64,000 nucleotides of DNA. Origin: the human T2T-CHM13v2.0 reference genome, Homo sapiens. Positions 47,536 through 61,395 of this stretch are shown piece by piece. How positions within the stretch are numbered: the first letter of the stretch is position 1; each line of letters begins with the position of its first letter. The DNA lies in NCBI RefSeq assembly GCF_009914755.1, contig NC_060927.1; one strand, 5' to 3'. Below the pieces are notes generated by a model, which was given only the letters and a program-made list of their open reading frames with translations, searched no databases and was not told the DNA's origin. Made by a program: the position numbers and the translations under genes.

Positions 47536-47689
47536 TGGGTGTGTGCCTGTAGTCCCAGCTACTCGAGAGCCTGAGGCAGGAGGATCACTTGAGTCCAGGA
47601 GTTCGAGGGTGCAGTAGGCTATGATCACACTACTATACTCCAGCTTGGACAACAGGGAGAAATTCCATCTCTTAAAAATAAATAAATAA
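47536..47689 (+). mobile_element. Alu right-arm monomer inside an old L1M ORF2 fragment (~47280-48550)
   Basis: gtgcctgtagtcccagctactc...catctcttaaaaataaataaataa; the flanks resemble an L1 endonuclease-coding region. Confidence 0.8.
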
Positions 47690-48520
47690 GACTGAGACAC
47701 GAGGATCTGGTGTTCCAACCCAGCAGGAAAATGCGGCCTTTGACTGAAGAGGAGACCCATGTCATGTTTGAGAAGATTGTGAAGTACATCAGGGAGAATC
47801 TTCAGCTGCTGCTGGACCGGCCTGACCGCACCTACTGTTTCTGGCTGCACAACGACCGGGTGGACTATGTGAGTGAGAAGATTGTGAAGCTGGATGCCAA
47901 TATCTCCGGGGACAAGCTGGTGTCACTGGGGACCTGCTTCGGAAAAGTCACTAAGACCCACAAGTTTCGGTTCACGTCACAGCCCTGAATTACCTTGCAC
48001 CTTATGCCGAGTATAAAGTGTGGATAAAGCGTGGTGCAGAGCAGTCCTTCCTCTATGGAAACCATGTGTTGAAATATAGTCTGGGTCGAATCACCGAAAA
48101 TAGTTCTCAGTACCAGGGGAGTGGTGGTGTACTCCATGGCAGACATCCCTTTGGGTTTTGGGGTGGCAGCAAAATCTACACAAGACTGCAGAAAAGTAGA
48201 CCCCATGGCGATTGTGGTACTTCATCAAGCAGACATTGGGGAATATGCACAGCATGAAGAGACGTTGACTTAAAACGAAGTCATTGCAAGGACAGCTGTG
48301 TGGAAGGGCCGAGTTTTGTTTCCTGTGTTTGTGTAGACTCCACCATCATGTTGAATTTTGTCAACACTATGGCCTCTTCAGGGACATCTTAGTTTACTGT
48401 ACTCTCTATCACTGACAGATGCAGGCTGGATTCTTATTATATACAGAGATGGCTCAAAAATGGGGTTTCAGATCTTTGTGTTTGTGATGAAACAGAATAC
48501 TCCGTTTCAAAAAAATTTAA
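47690..48520 (+). pseudogene. NIP7 processed pseudogene, CDS remnant 47731-48273 (probably the annotated NIP7P2)
   Basis: Intronless [20 protein letters not shown]...[16 protein letters not shown], with frameshifts near 47970 and 48120, a short 3' UTR and an A tail at 48509. Confidence 0.93.
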
Positions 48521-49734
48521 ATAAATAAATAAAGGATGGGAAAATACACATATTCTCAGTAGGAAAGCAAACATGTCTTCCATATGAAACAAGTATTACA
48601 CCATTCATTTGTGTATTCATTCATCAAATATTTATTGAAAATATACTAGGTTCAAGACATGATGCTGAACATTTTTATCTAACTCATAATCTTAAAAGCC
48701 ATATTTAAGAGTGAATTATGTCAGTCAGGGACCAGATGATAGTACCTGAATCACAGTAGATAGGTAGAAATTGTAAAAATAAATAAAGTAAACAAAAAAA
48801 CCTATAGTCCAATACTTGAGATAGCTTTTGATCTATAAAGGCAAAATTTCCACATGTGCATCAAGATTGTCAGGCAAATTCATTAAGTGGAAATAAAATG
48901 GAGAGAGCAAAATCAGTTGAATAAAAGAAATAATTATATTCTTTATTGAGTTATACATCTTTCTTTTAAATAAGCATGTTTAACAAAATTGAGGTAGCAA
49001 ATACAGTAATCAGTCCACCACTGTCACATGGAAAATAGTATTACAATTAGAAGAGAAGTTAAGATGAGGTTAGGAATCCTCATTGATAGGGAGTATTATG
49101 TGGATCTTCTATTCTGTTTTTGGTTAAATAGATATACTTTTCTTTAAAGTAGGGGTTTTGTTTGTTTGTTTGTTTGTTTTTTCCATTTCTACCCCTCCCA
49201 GTCTGATCCAGTTACCATCATCTGGGCTTCTGACTAATGCACTCTTAAATATGTCTTTTAAGATTATGAGTTACTATCTAAAAATGTGAAGAACTTATCA
49301 TTATACCTTAAACTTAGTAGATTTTCAATAAATATTTGATGAACGAATGCATAAATGACATGATACTTGTTTGATATGAGATACATGTTTGCTTTCCTAT
49401 TGGGACTTAGAGATTCCAGAAACATTAAGTTGGATATTCCTACAGTCCTAGGAGAATAATGGGAAACTTTCAAAGCACTTAGCATGTGTCAGAGACTATT
49501 CTAAGTGCTTCATAAATATTTACTGCTCTAGTCTTAACAAACATTTAAAAGCTATTATTCCTAGCCCTATTTTTAGATGAGGAAACTGAGGCACAAAGGG
49601 TTTTAATAACTTGCTTAAATTCTGCTTTCTTAAAGAACTACTAGTAAATGATAGACATGGGATTCAATGTCATGTAGTCTGGTTCCAAAGTTCCCACTCT
49701 AAACTGCTACTGAATTTGTATTCCAGTAGGTCTG

Positions 49735-49915
49735 CAAGTTGAATGTGCATCAGAATCACAATCAATCACATTCAACTTGTTAAAACAGATTTCTGGGCCC
49801 TATCCACAGAGACTCTGATTCAGTTGGTCCAGGGTAAATTCTGAGAATTTGCTGATCTAACAAGTTCCCAGGTGATGCTGATTCTTTTGGTCCAAGGTGC
49901 AGAAGTATACTTGAG
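49735..49915. mobile_element. MER5A-type MITE
   Basis: gtgcatcagaatcac...acaagttcccaggtgatgctgat...ttgagaa. Confidence 0.7.
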
Positions 49916-50175
49916 AAGAAATCAAATTGCTACTGTGGACATTTCTTCTGTCTAATCCACTCTGGCTGAAAATAGAGGTTTCTGATCCTGACTGGACAGT
50001 ACTCAAACTTCATATGCACACTGAGATGTGAGAGCCTAGTACATCTGGCTCTCAAACTAAAGTATGATTCCATATTCTTTCTCCCTACTGTTTGATCTTA
50101 CAAGGTATTTTCTTTTTTGTGATAACAAAGTCATGCCTAGATTCTGATCGTTACCCCCAAATAAAATGATACTAT

Positions 50176-50557
50176 TGATATGGTTTGGCTGTGTCCCCAC
50201 CCAAACTCTCATGTTGAATTGTAATACCCATAATCTCCATAATCCCCACATGTCAAGGGAGTGACCAGGTAGAGGTAATTGAATTATGGGGACGGTTTCC
50301 TCCATGCTGTTCTCATGATAGTGAGTGAGCTGTCATGAGATCTGATGGTTTTATAAGTGTTTGGTAGCTCCTTCTGTGTTTATTCTCCTTCCTGCTGCCT
50401 TGTGAAGAAGGTGCCTTGCTTCCCCTTCACCTTCTGCCATGATTGTAAGTTTCCTGAGGCCAGCCATGCTAAACTGTGAATCAATTAAACCACTTTCCTT
50501 TTTAAATTACCCAGTTTTGGGCAGTTCTTTATAGCAGTGTGAAAATGGACTAATACA
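50176..50557 (+). mobile_element. THE1-type MaLR solo LTR
   Basis: tgatatggtttggctgtgtcccc...ggactaataca; 5-bp TSD actat at 50171-50175 and 50558-50562. Confidence 0.92.
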
Positions 50558-53500
50558 ACTATGAAATGACCACTGAGACTTTCTGTTGATTTATTACTCA
50601 CCCATTCAATTTTACCTAAGCTATGCAGCAACTAGAAAATGGTAAGATTCTGAAAAATATTTCTTACTGTTTTATTTTGTTCGAGATCAAAAATTTGGGT
50701 ACTATAGAAAAGCACAGTGAAATTAAGAAACATTTTTTTGTAATGCCACCACAAAATGTTAATTGTGGTAGATTCCAATATAGTGCTTCTCATCAGTTTT
50801 TGATTCATGCTTTTTTGTAAAAAAAAAAAAATTAGACAAGTTATATTAAAGGACCTCAGCAAATAGTGTTTGAAAAGACTCACTGGAGATAAGGGTGAGC
50901 TTGCCTGAAGCCTCCCTGTGTTAGACTAAGACCCCTTTACAAATTGCGTCATTCAGGATATGACTGCGCCAAGAGGCCTGTTTCCAGAAGACACTGATCA
51001 ACAAAAGCCCAAGCCTCCTTAATGTGACATTATTAATTTGCTGCTTGTTAGGGAGATAAGAATTATGCTGATCGTAATGAGTTATGCTTTCAGCCATGAA
51101 AAACTTCTCCTCTTCTCAGTGCTCAGATTATCTATCATTAGTCTGATCAAAAATTTTGGAGATATGCAGGTTCATACTAAGATGTGTCTAATGCCTGGAT
51201 TGTTTTATTAATATAGGCACCCGAAGTGGGCTCTTGCTTTGCCTAATTTAGGATCTATAGTGATTAACTTTATCATCAAAATTCCATTTTGTGCAGTGAC
51301 AAGTAGAAAGTACTGTACAAATTCTTCTGACATGCTGGTCAATATCAGCTTTGAACTATAAACCAGGACACTGCTCATGGCAGCATGAAGGTTACAAAGC
51401 AGTGAATCTTTTCCTTTCTAAATAGCCTGCTTTATAAAGAGAATAATTGTACTGAGCAGATAGCAATGTAGAACAGAGTAGGAAGAGAAGAGGGTCATCA
51501 GTGTAGGAAGTGAAGGGCTGGGAGGAAGACAATTATCTACTTTACTTTTTTATGTATTTTTATGAATTTTGGTTTTAAACCTTTACTATCAGAGAATTAA
51601 CCAGTTCTCATTCTGGCTACTTAAGACTTTCTCATGCCAGAAAAGTGTGGAATAGGGAGAAACCCCCTCCTTCTTTTGTTTAGAAATATAAATGTCATAT
51701 TGGTTTGTTTTCTTTATTCTTTTTATCAGCAGAGCCAGTGTGCTGCTATTGTTTGCTGGCCTAACAAAAATGAAATCAAGGCTTTCACTGAACAGTCTGC
51801 CAAATGTTGAATCAACAGCCCAGCTTCTGCAACAGCTTGCTTTAATGACCCTAGACAGCTTCTATTTGAATCATATACTGGGTCACAAGGAGGAAATAGG
51901 TATAACAGAAAGCAGGATGGGACAGAAACTAAATTAGAGCTTTAAAGGCTATTTGGGCTGCTGTCAAATCAGTTCCTCAGGGAAGCAGAATTATTTATTA
52001 GCTTCCTACTACATGCGTTTTGTAGTTATTTCATGTGCTATGGTAAAAATGGATGTTTTGTAAAAACTCCATCCTTCTAATAAAACAGTATATTCAACTA
52101 GTCTAAACAAATCCTTTTATGATCTTCAAAATTTATCTGGGAATTTTGATTTATTGATTCTTAAAACTGTGATGACCCTAACTGACTAGTGCAGTCAGAG
52201 TTTTTATGCAAATCAGATAAGCAGCTTCTCTTCAGAGGCTTGTTTGAGTCTCGGGAATTACATGGTTCACTCTGGCCCCTCAACAGGCAGAACTGAAATT
52301 TACCACTCACAGTCTGAGTTGCTAGAGACCTGAGTAAGATCTCAGGACTATGAGTTAATGGGAATGATCTGTAATAATGATTGTGGTATTCCTAGCTGGC
52401 CACTGGTGAACCAAGCAGAGGCAGTCAGACTTTCTTTTGGACAGCCAACTCACTACCCCATTCCACCTGCTTTGCCGCACTGGATTCACCATTTCCAGGA
52501 AACCTTCAGTGGAAGAAATATTCAAGAGCATATCCTGAAGGGAGGGCAACAAGGAATGTTTGGTTCCCCTTCTCAATGAGAACCACTCTAATAACCTAAA
52601 ATTGTGTAATCGAAATGCCACTGAAGTTAGCAGACTCTTAAGAATGACATTAATTGGGTTGTTGTTGTAATAAATGTTGGCTGAGAGATGGCCTGACTAC
52701 GTAGAAGGCCTCTTTAACTGTTGATGGCTGAATGCCTTTGGTTATTTTCTATACAAAAGTCTGCTTGAGTAAAGTTGGGTAGGGTGATAAAAGTGAAGCA
52801 AAATGAAAAAAAAATTAAAGCTGAAGAGGAAAATAAAGACAAGTATATTAAACATTTTTGGAGATAAAACTAGAAATCCCTTCCCATATTTTGTATAGGT
52901 CATCACCACTGCTAACTGCCCAGGTAGTAATAAATCCACCTGTTCCCTTCTTAAAATATTGAGAGAGTGTTCCCATTGTTGAGCTAGGTTTTTCCTTTTC
53001 TTAAGACATCTTTTACCAAATGGAAGAGGAAGTATGTGAGTTAAGGGGTAAAGCTAAGGGAAACAAAGGAAAGAGCCAATGGCTTCCAGGACCTGATTTC
53101 TTAATCTACCTGCTGTCATGTAGACTTGGACCTTGTGTTCATGTCAACTGGTTATGTAATAAGTTAACTCAAACACTAAGATACAGCCATTTTACTTAAA
53201 AAAAAAAACTATGAAAATCCCCTCTTTAATCCACCAACTTCAATGCTACACAGTTTAATTTTAGTTCATTTTAGATTATTTTGCAGTTTTACTTCCCCTT
53301 TGTCATTTATTTGCTTTCACTAGAAATAGACTATTTTATTTCCATTTCTTTTACTCCTAATTTAGCCTACAGATGAGCTAGAACTGAGGAAGGCTACAGA
53401 TGTGGGCAAGTCATATTTTCTGTTATTTAAAATTTTGTACTCCTAGACGCGATGTTTTTGAGGAGATAGTTTATCTGTAGGACAGATTTTAATAAAAAGA

Positions 53501-54383
53501 TAATATAGTATTATAAAAGTATATTTATAAGAATAAAACACAAGTTGTAAGCCATGTTATTCTGAGAAAATGCTCTATGAACCAAGTGTGAAAGAGTTGC
53601 ACTGTCTTTCCTTCATTTGAAAATCTCTAATATAAGTTTTTAGTAGAATGATAACCAGAAGTGACTCCTGAATGACTAAGGAAAGAGGAAGTCATGGCTA
53701 CTAGAGCGTACGTACTAAATGAAATGTAGTGATTTGCAGCATGGACTTTGAAATCCAACAGACCTGGTTTGAAAAGCACTACTGCTTTCTAGTGATATGA
53801 CATGGGGAAAACTCAACAACCTCTCTAAAGTATTGGGTTTGTCATCTGTAAAATGGGGATAATAACAGTGTTTTCCTGTCTGTTATGAAAATAAAATGAG
53901 TTGATGCATTAAAGTCCTTAGTAGAGGGCCCAGCACAAAGTAGCTGTTCAATAAATGATATATATGAGATAGGATGATATATGACATATGACATTTCTTT
54001 AAAAATTTGCCCCAAATTAACCAGAACTTTGGATTAACTAGGATATCTTTTCCTTGGTTATATGAGATAGTATAGAAAACCTTAATAAGAAATAGTGTAT
54101 TTTCTTGGAAAGTGTTCAATAAAAAGAATTTTCCACTTTCACTTGTTTCAGAGCTAAGGCACCGTGAAACCATTGTCTATTTGAATTTCTCACTGTGTGT
54201 CAAGGACATTTTTGCTAAACCTGGGTTTATGTTTTAGAATCAATTTGGTTGCTGACAGAGATTTAAATTCAAAAATAAATGCTATTTCATTTTCATATTT
54301 GGAAACAATCTTAAATTATATGTTTAACATATATAAATACAGAAATATCTTATGGCAAACATAGTTTTCTAATAGTTACATAT

Positions 54384-55042
54384 TGCTATAGTCTGAGTGT
54401 TTGCAACCCCCCAAAATTTGTATGTTGAAATACTACCCTGCAAGGTGATAGTATTAGGAGGTTGGGCCTTTGGGAAGATTAATGCCTTTGTAAAAGAGGC
54501 CTGAGAGAAATCCCTTACCCCTTCCATGATATGAGGACACTGCTATACACCATCTACCAACCAGAAAGAGAGTTCACACCAAACACCAAATCTGCTAGCA
54601 CCTTGGACTTCCCAGGCTCCAGAACTGGGAGAAATACATTCTGGGCTTTATTATTATTGTTGTTATTATTATTGAGACAGGGTCTCACTCTGTCACTCAG
54701 ACTGGAGTGCAGTGGCACAGTCACAGCCCACTGCAGTGTCAATATCCCGGGCTCAAGTGATCCTCCTATCTCAGCTTCCTGAGTAGCTGGAACCACAGGG
54801 TTTTGTTTTGTTTTTTTTCCATGCCCAGCTTTTTTTTTTTTTTTTTTTTGGTAGAGACAGGGTCTCACTATGTTGCCCAGGCTGGTCTCAAATTCCTTGA
54901 CTCAAGTGATCTACTTGCCTCAGCCTCCCAAAGTGTTGGGATAACAGACATGAGCCACCGCACCCAATCGCCCGCAAATTCTGTTGTTTATAAGTTGTAA
55001 GTTTATGGTATTTTGTTATAGCAGCCCAAGTGAACTAACACA
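54384..55042 (+). mobile_element. MLT1A-like LTR with an antisense AluJ inserted (~54648-54965)
   Basis: tgctatagtctgagtgttt...ttggacttcccaggctccagaac and tttatggtattttgttatagcagccc flank an Alu. Confidence 0.8.
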
Positions 55043-57338
55043 TGGTTTTCCAGTAATCAATATTTACACACTGACATATAGGTTAAAGAAATACATATTA
55101 AAGAAAGTATATGTCTTCTCCGATTATACAGAAAAAAAAGGATAAGAAGGCAATTACATTTAATGATCTGGTATATTTTTAAAGAGTTCCTTAATCCAAT
55201 CTATTCATATAATTTTTGAAAGACTCTGCTTTCAGATCATAAAGGGGAAGCTGATATAACTAAGCCTATAAATAAGACTACATGTTGGAAAATCCTTAGA
55301 GTGGAAATGATAATGAATCTCAGGAAAAATATAACTACAACATTTCTAAATAACTATTAACATATACATTTTTTCTCCAGTGGAAATTCTATTTATCACC
55401 TTTGTAATCCCCCTAAGACTATCTGTGACCTCCATATGTACGTATCTTTTCCCCCACCTACTGACAGTAATAATAACCACTACACAGTTTATGTTCTAGT
55501 CATGACATAAAATCTTAAAATTCCCAGAGGAAGGACCAAAAGAAGATTTCAGTCAGTTTATTCCATTTACTCACAGCGTACCATTTGACTTAGAAATAAA
55601 AACAGCAGTCAGTGATTGCTCTTAGAGAATGCTGGGCCATGGAACCAACTGGATTTGGGTTCAAATTCTAACTCTGGCACTTACTTGACTTTGAGGCTTT
55701 GGACAAATCCCATTAGCTCTCTGAACGTTGGGGAGCATCTTCAACTGTACAGATGGGGTTAGCAACAGGTAGCAACAGGCTGTTCTAACAGAGCAGGGTG
55801 CGTGGTAAACTTTCAATGTCCAGCAAAGCCTTCTCTTATAACTCTCCTTTGATCTCTCAGGCCTATCTTCATTTCCTGTTATCATCATAGTTATATAAAG
55901 CCTCTTGTTCCATATTTTCACAGATTTTTTTTTAAATCTCTCCAATTCAGAGCTGGTTTTATATCGCTAGAGGTTCTCAATTCTATACTCATGAAATTAG
56001 TGAAGGAAACATAACAAAGTTCTAATTTCTCCACTGTGATTATTATTTTGATGCCTTTTATAAAACATTAGTTAGCAAATCCTTTTCAAGTTTATTTCAT
56101 CTTGATGGTCCTTGCTTTCCTGGTGCCCTAAACGCTTACTTAATACAGTACTACTCCAAATATTGCATTATCTGCTTCTAGAATTACGGAGGAAGAAAAC
56201 AAAGGGTATATAAGGAAGGGAGAAAGTTAACACTTACGGAGAATGAGTGGTGCTTACTAAATGATCCATAAACGTTATTTTCCTTCTGCCCTTCATTCTT
56301 GGTTTTTAAAATCTGGGAAAGTATTAATTCACTCCCTATTATTAAATAAAGAATTGGCACATTTAGACTATCTCCCTCTCCCTTATCCCATTTTTTAGAG
56401 TTTATGACTTTTATTTTTCTATTATATACATTTATAATATTAAATAATATTGGTTCATCAATATTAGATAGCATAGCATATCTTGATTCTTATATAATAT
56501 CAAAACAACTGTTGTTGACATGAATTATTACCTTCATCTCATTGATAAAGAAATTGAGGCTCAAAAGTTAAGTGGCTAATAATGTAGAACTGGGATTTGA
56601 ACATTTGTAAGGTAGAGAAAAAAATATATCCCCTAGTAAGTAAATACATTGTCAGAAGACAGTTATAAACCAGAAAAAAAATAATACCTTACTTGCTGTA
56701 ACTAAACCTCTGTTTCTTTCTAGTATAGTATACTATTTTCTTTTTGCTCTACTTTACTTATTATTTAGGTAGTATTTAGAGATTCCAGTTGTGCTGTACT
56801 CTGGTGAAGAGATTCAAAGGAATACCAAACAAAATTGCACTTTGTTCTGTGAAGCTCATTAATGTGGCTATTTTTATTGGTAGCCTCTTACTATATTGTG
56901 CTGAAATAGTAATACTCTATTAATTTCTTTTTATTTGCATGAATAACACAGTGACACTCAATAGCCCAGCCCTTAAAAAATGTAACATCATTGAGTAATG
57001 AATTCAGAAATGAAGCAGATGCCCACAGACAAGCAGCTCTAGCCATCACAACTATGCTCTGGGCACAAAAAAAACGTAAAGGGTGGGGGAAAAAGGACAC
57101 CTACTAGCTGAATCTGATAGCCCACACCAACAATATCTGCTTATGTTTCATCGGCCAGACTTATGTCATCTCTGATATGGTCAGCCGATCTGAGAGGAGG
57201 TTGACGATGTAGTACTTGTAGGTGGCACATTGCCACCTTCAACTTGTAGGGAAGAAGAGGAAAATGATATTGGGTAGGCAATAGTATTTACTCTGGAAAT
57301 ATACAGGGTTTCTAAAACTTAACATGTTCAAACCATAC

Positions 57339-57926
57339 TTTTTTTAAAATTTTACTTTAAGTTCTGGGATACATGCGCTGATGGTTATAGACTTTTTTTA
57401 AAAAAACCTTTTTTAAACAAAATTTTAGTTTAAGTTCTGGGATACATGTGCTGAACGTGCAGGTTTGTTGCATAGGTATACATGTGCCATGGTGATTTGC
57501 TGCACCTATCAACCTGTCATCTAAGTTTTAAGCTCCGCATGTATTAGGTATTTGTCCTAATGCTCTCTCTCTCCTTTCCCCCGACCCCACAACAGGCCCC
57601 AGTGGGTGATGTTCCCCTCCGTGTCTATGTGTTCTCATTTTTCAACTCACACTTATGAGTGTGAACATGCGGTGTTTGGTTTTCTGTTCCTGTGTTAGTT
57701 TTCTGAGGATGATGGTTTCCAGCTTCATCCATGTCCCTGCAAAGGACATGAACTCATTCTTTGTTGTGGCTGCATAGTATTCCATGGTATATATGTGCCA
57801 CATTTTCTTTATCCAGTCTATCATTGATGGGCATTTGGGTTGGTTCCAGGTCTTTCCTATTGTAAATAGTGCTGCAATAAACATATGTGAGCATGTGTCT
57901 CTATAGTAGTATGATGTATAATCCTT
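57339..57926 (-). mobile_element. 5'-truncated L1PA 3' end with duplicated terminus
   Basis: ORF2 C-terminus (57642-57929 ORF), 3' UTR and T tracts. Confidence 0.9.
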
Positions 57927-58775
57927 CAACTCTCAAAGTTTGTCTGACAGGCAGATTAGGAATAGACCCAAAGTAACTTTAACATTTGCAGTGACTAGTA
58001 TATGTGAGTTTCTTCTATATTAGTAAGATTTTTTTCAAATTGGCTTTGTTAGTATGTGCTTTTTATTTTGGTTTACATTGATTTACTTTTTTTTTTCTCA
58101 GACTTCACTGTATAGATTTGAGAACCAATAACTTTACAAGCTAATTAGTTGAGCTTGAAATACTACTTCTTTTATGTTTTATTTTCCTTTACGCTAAGTA
58201 GGTGGCTGCCACCTCATTTACTGTTGCTCACAAAAAGAAAAAAAAATCATCTTTTCATTGACAAAATTAAGTTTTACATGGAAATAACAGTCATATCATC
58301 TTTATATGCTCAAAGCCAGCAATAATTTGGGTAATGAAGTTTTATGTTCTCAGATAGGCATAATATGAATAAGTTATTATCCAAGATTAATGAATAGATA
58401 TCCTTTCCTTCTATGTGGTTGCAATGATCTTTAACAAAATTAGTGGGAAAAAAAAGCTTTTGTTGCACCTGATTAACTCACCTTGATTTAGGCGTGAATG
58501 AGTCATTGTCATTCTAAGAACTTCCTCATGGTCAAGTTTTGGATCACCATTTTTAAAATATATTGTGACTGTCGAAATTCCATGCATGTAAGACTTTTTT
58601 GCATTGTTAACATTCACAGATGAATTGAACAAGTCAACTCTGTGTTCTCCATAATAAATAAAATGAACTATTTAATGATGTCTCATGATAGGAGTATTCA
58701 AATATGGTTGTCAAGAATGAACACTTGAACTTTCCCCATTCTGCTAATAATACAGAATATCTGCTTATCTGACAT

Positions 58776-59086
58776 TCTGTATTATTAGCATCTGGTTAGT
58801 CCTCTGATGATAACTACAGCAAACCTGTTTCATTTAAAAACGCAAGGACAAGGATTACATAAAGAAGCTGGAGACCCTGATATTAACTATAGTGTGTGCT
58901 CAGTAATGAACTGCTCTATATAAGTTATTATCTGTATTATCTTCATCTGGTTAGTCCTCTGATGATAAGAACTACAGCAAACCTGTTTCATTTAAAAACT
59001 CAAAGACAAGGATTACATAAACAAGCTGGAGACCCTGATATTAACTATAGTGTGTGCTCAGTAATGAAGTGCTCTACATAAGTTAT
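58776..59086. repeat. Two-copy tandem duplication, period ~155 bp
   Basis: Copies 58776-58928 and 58931-59086 align throughout with a few substitutions and one 3-bp indel. Confidence 0.95.
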
Positions 59087-60049
59087 GTAACTCCTGCAAA
59101 TGTCTCTCAAGGTAGGTATCAATATCTGAAGTTTACAGAAGAGGGAACTAAGACTCAAAGAGGATAACGAACTTGCCTGTGAGTTTTTTAAACTACATTA
59201 TATTTCCTTCAAGTGCTGATGACTAAAAATGTCTGAATATAATAATTTCATAGCAGATTGGAAATCTTGTTCACTTCAAAACCCTTTATGGAAAAAACCA
59301 CATAAGGTTCTTGAGTTTTCTCAAATCTGATAATACAAGAAGTATTTGAATTAATTAGTAAGAACACCTGAATTAGAAAACCCTCAGCAGTGTATATATT
59401 GTAAAAGAGCAGTTGTGGTAAAATTTAATAAGGAAAAAGAACACAGGCCTTTTTCTTAACCAGTTAAAATTTCAATAATAGTTTAAAATTGTTAGACCAC
59501 AGAATAAGTTATTTTCTTTTCCCTCCTCATCCATCTTTGAAAATATAATCAAATCTAGATAATTTCCTGTAATTAAATGAAAGCATGTTTTTGTTAATAA
59601 AATATTATAAATTCAAAATCCTTTATATATGAACATCATTATACTATTTAAAAAGATATTTTAATTCACATTAATAATAAAACTAGACTTCCTGGGGTAG
59701 GATTAAGTGAGCTGGGGAAGCCAGGCTATCAGTTACAAAAAAAAAAAATTGTGGATCCTATATATATATACAGATACATATGTATATATGTCAAGAAATT
59801 CTCATGTCATAATTTGTCATATGTTGTAAATAATTTCAATTATTTGAATTACAGTATAGAGAAACACAGAAAACTAAATACGTGTGGCCAGATAAATCTT
59901 GAGAAAAACCACTAAAGACAAACAACCAACCAATCACACAACAAATTAAAATGAAGTCCAGTAGAAGATTCTGTGGAAGCTTCAAGCTCACCAACTCGAC
60001 GTAGTTGTTTTCTGACACTTACTGTTTGCTTGCACAAGATTTTCTAATA

Positions 60050-61395
<1,346 letters not shown>

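Noticed and set aside
47731-48273. Functional NIP7 retrogene rescued by compensating frameshifts
   Set aside because: The shifted frame hits TGA at 47986-47988 before the second frameshift.
50600-53600. Repeat-poor stretch that might hide exons or an RNA gene
   Set aside because: No credible ORF, exon pair or RNA fold seen; an enhancer cannot be excluded without conservation or chromatin data.
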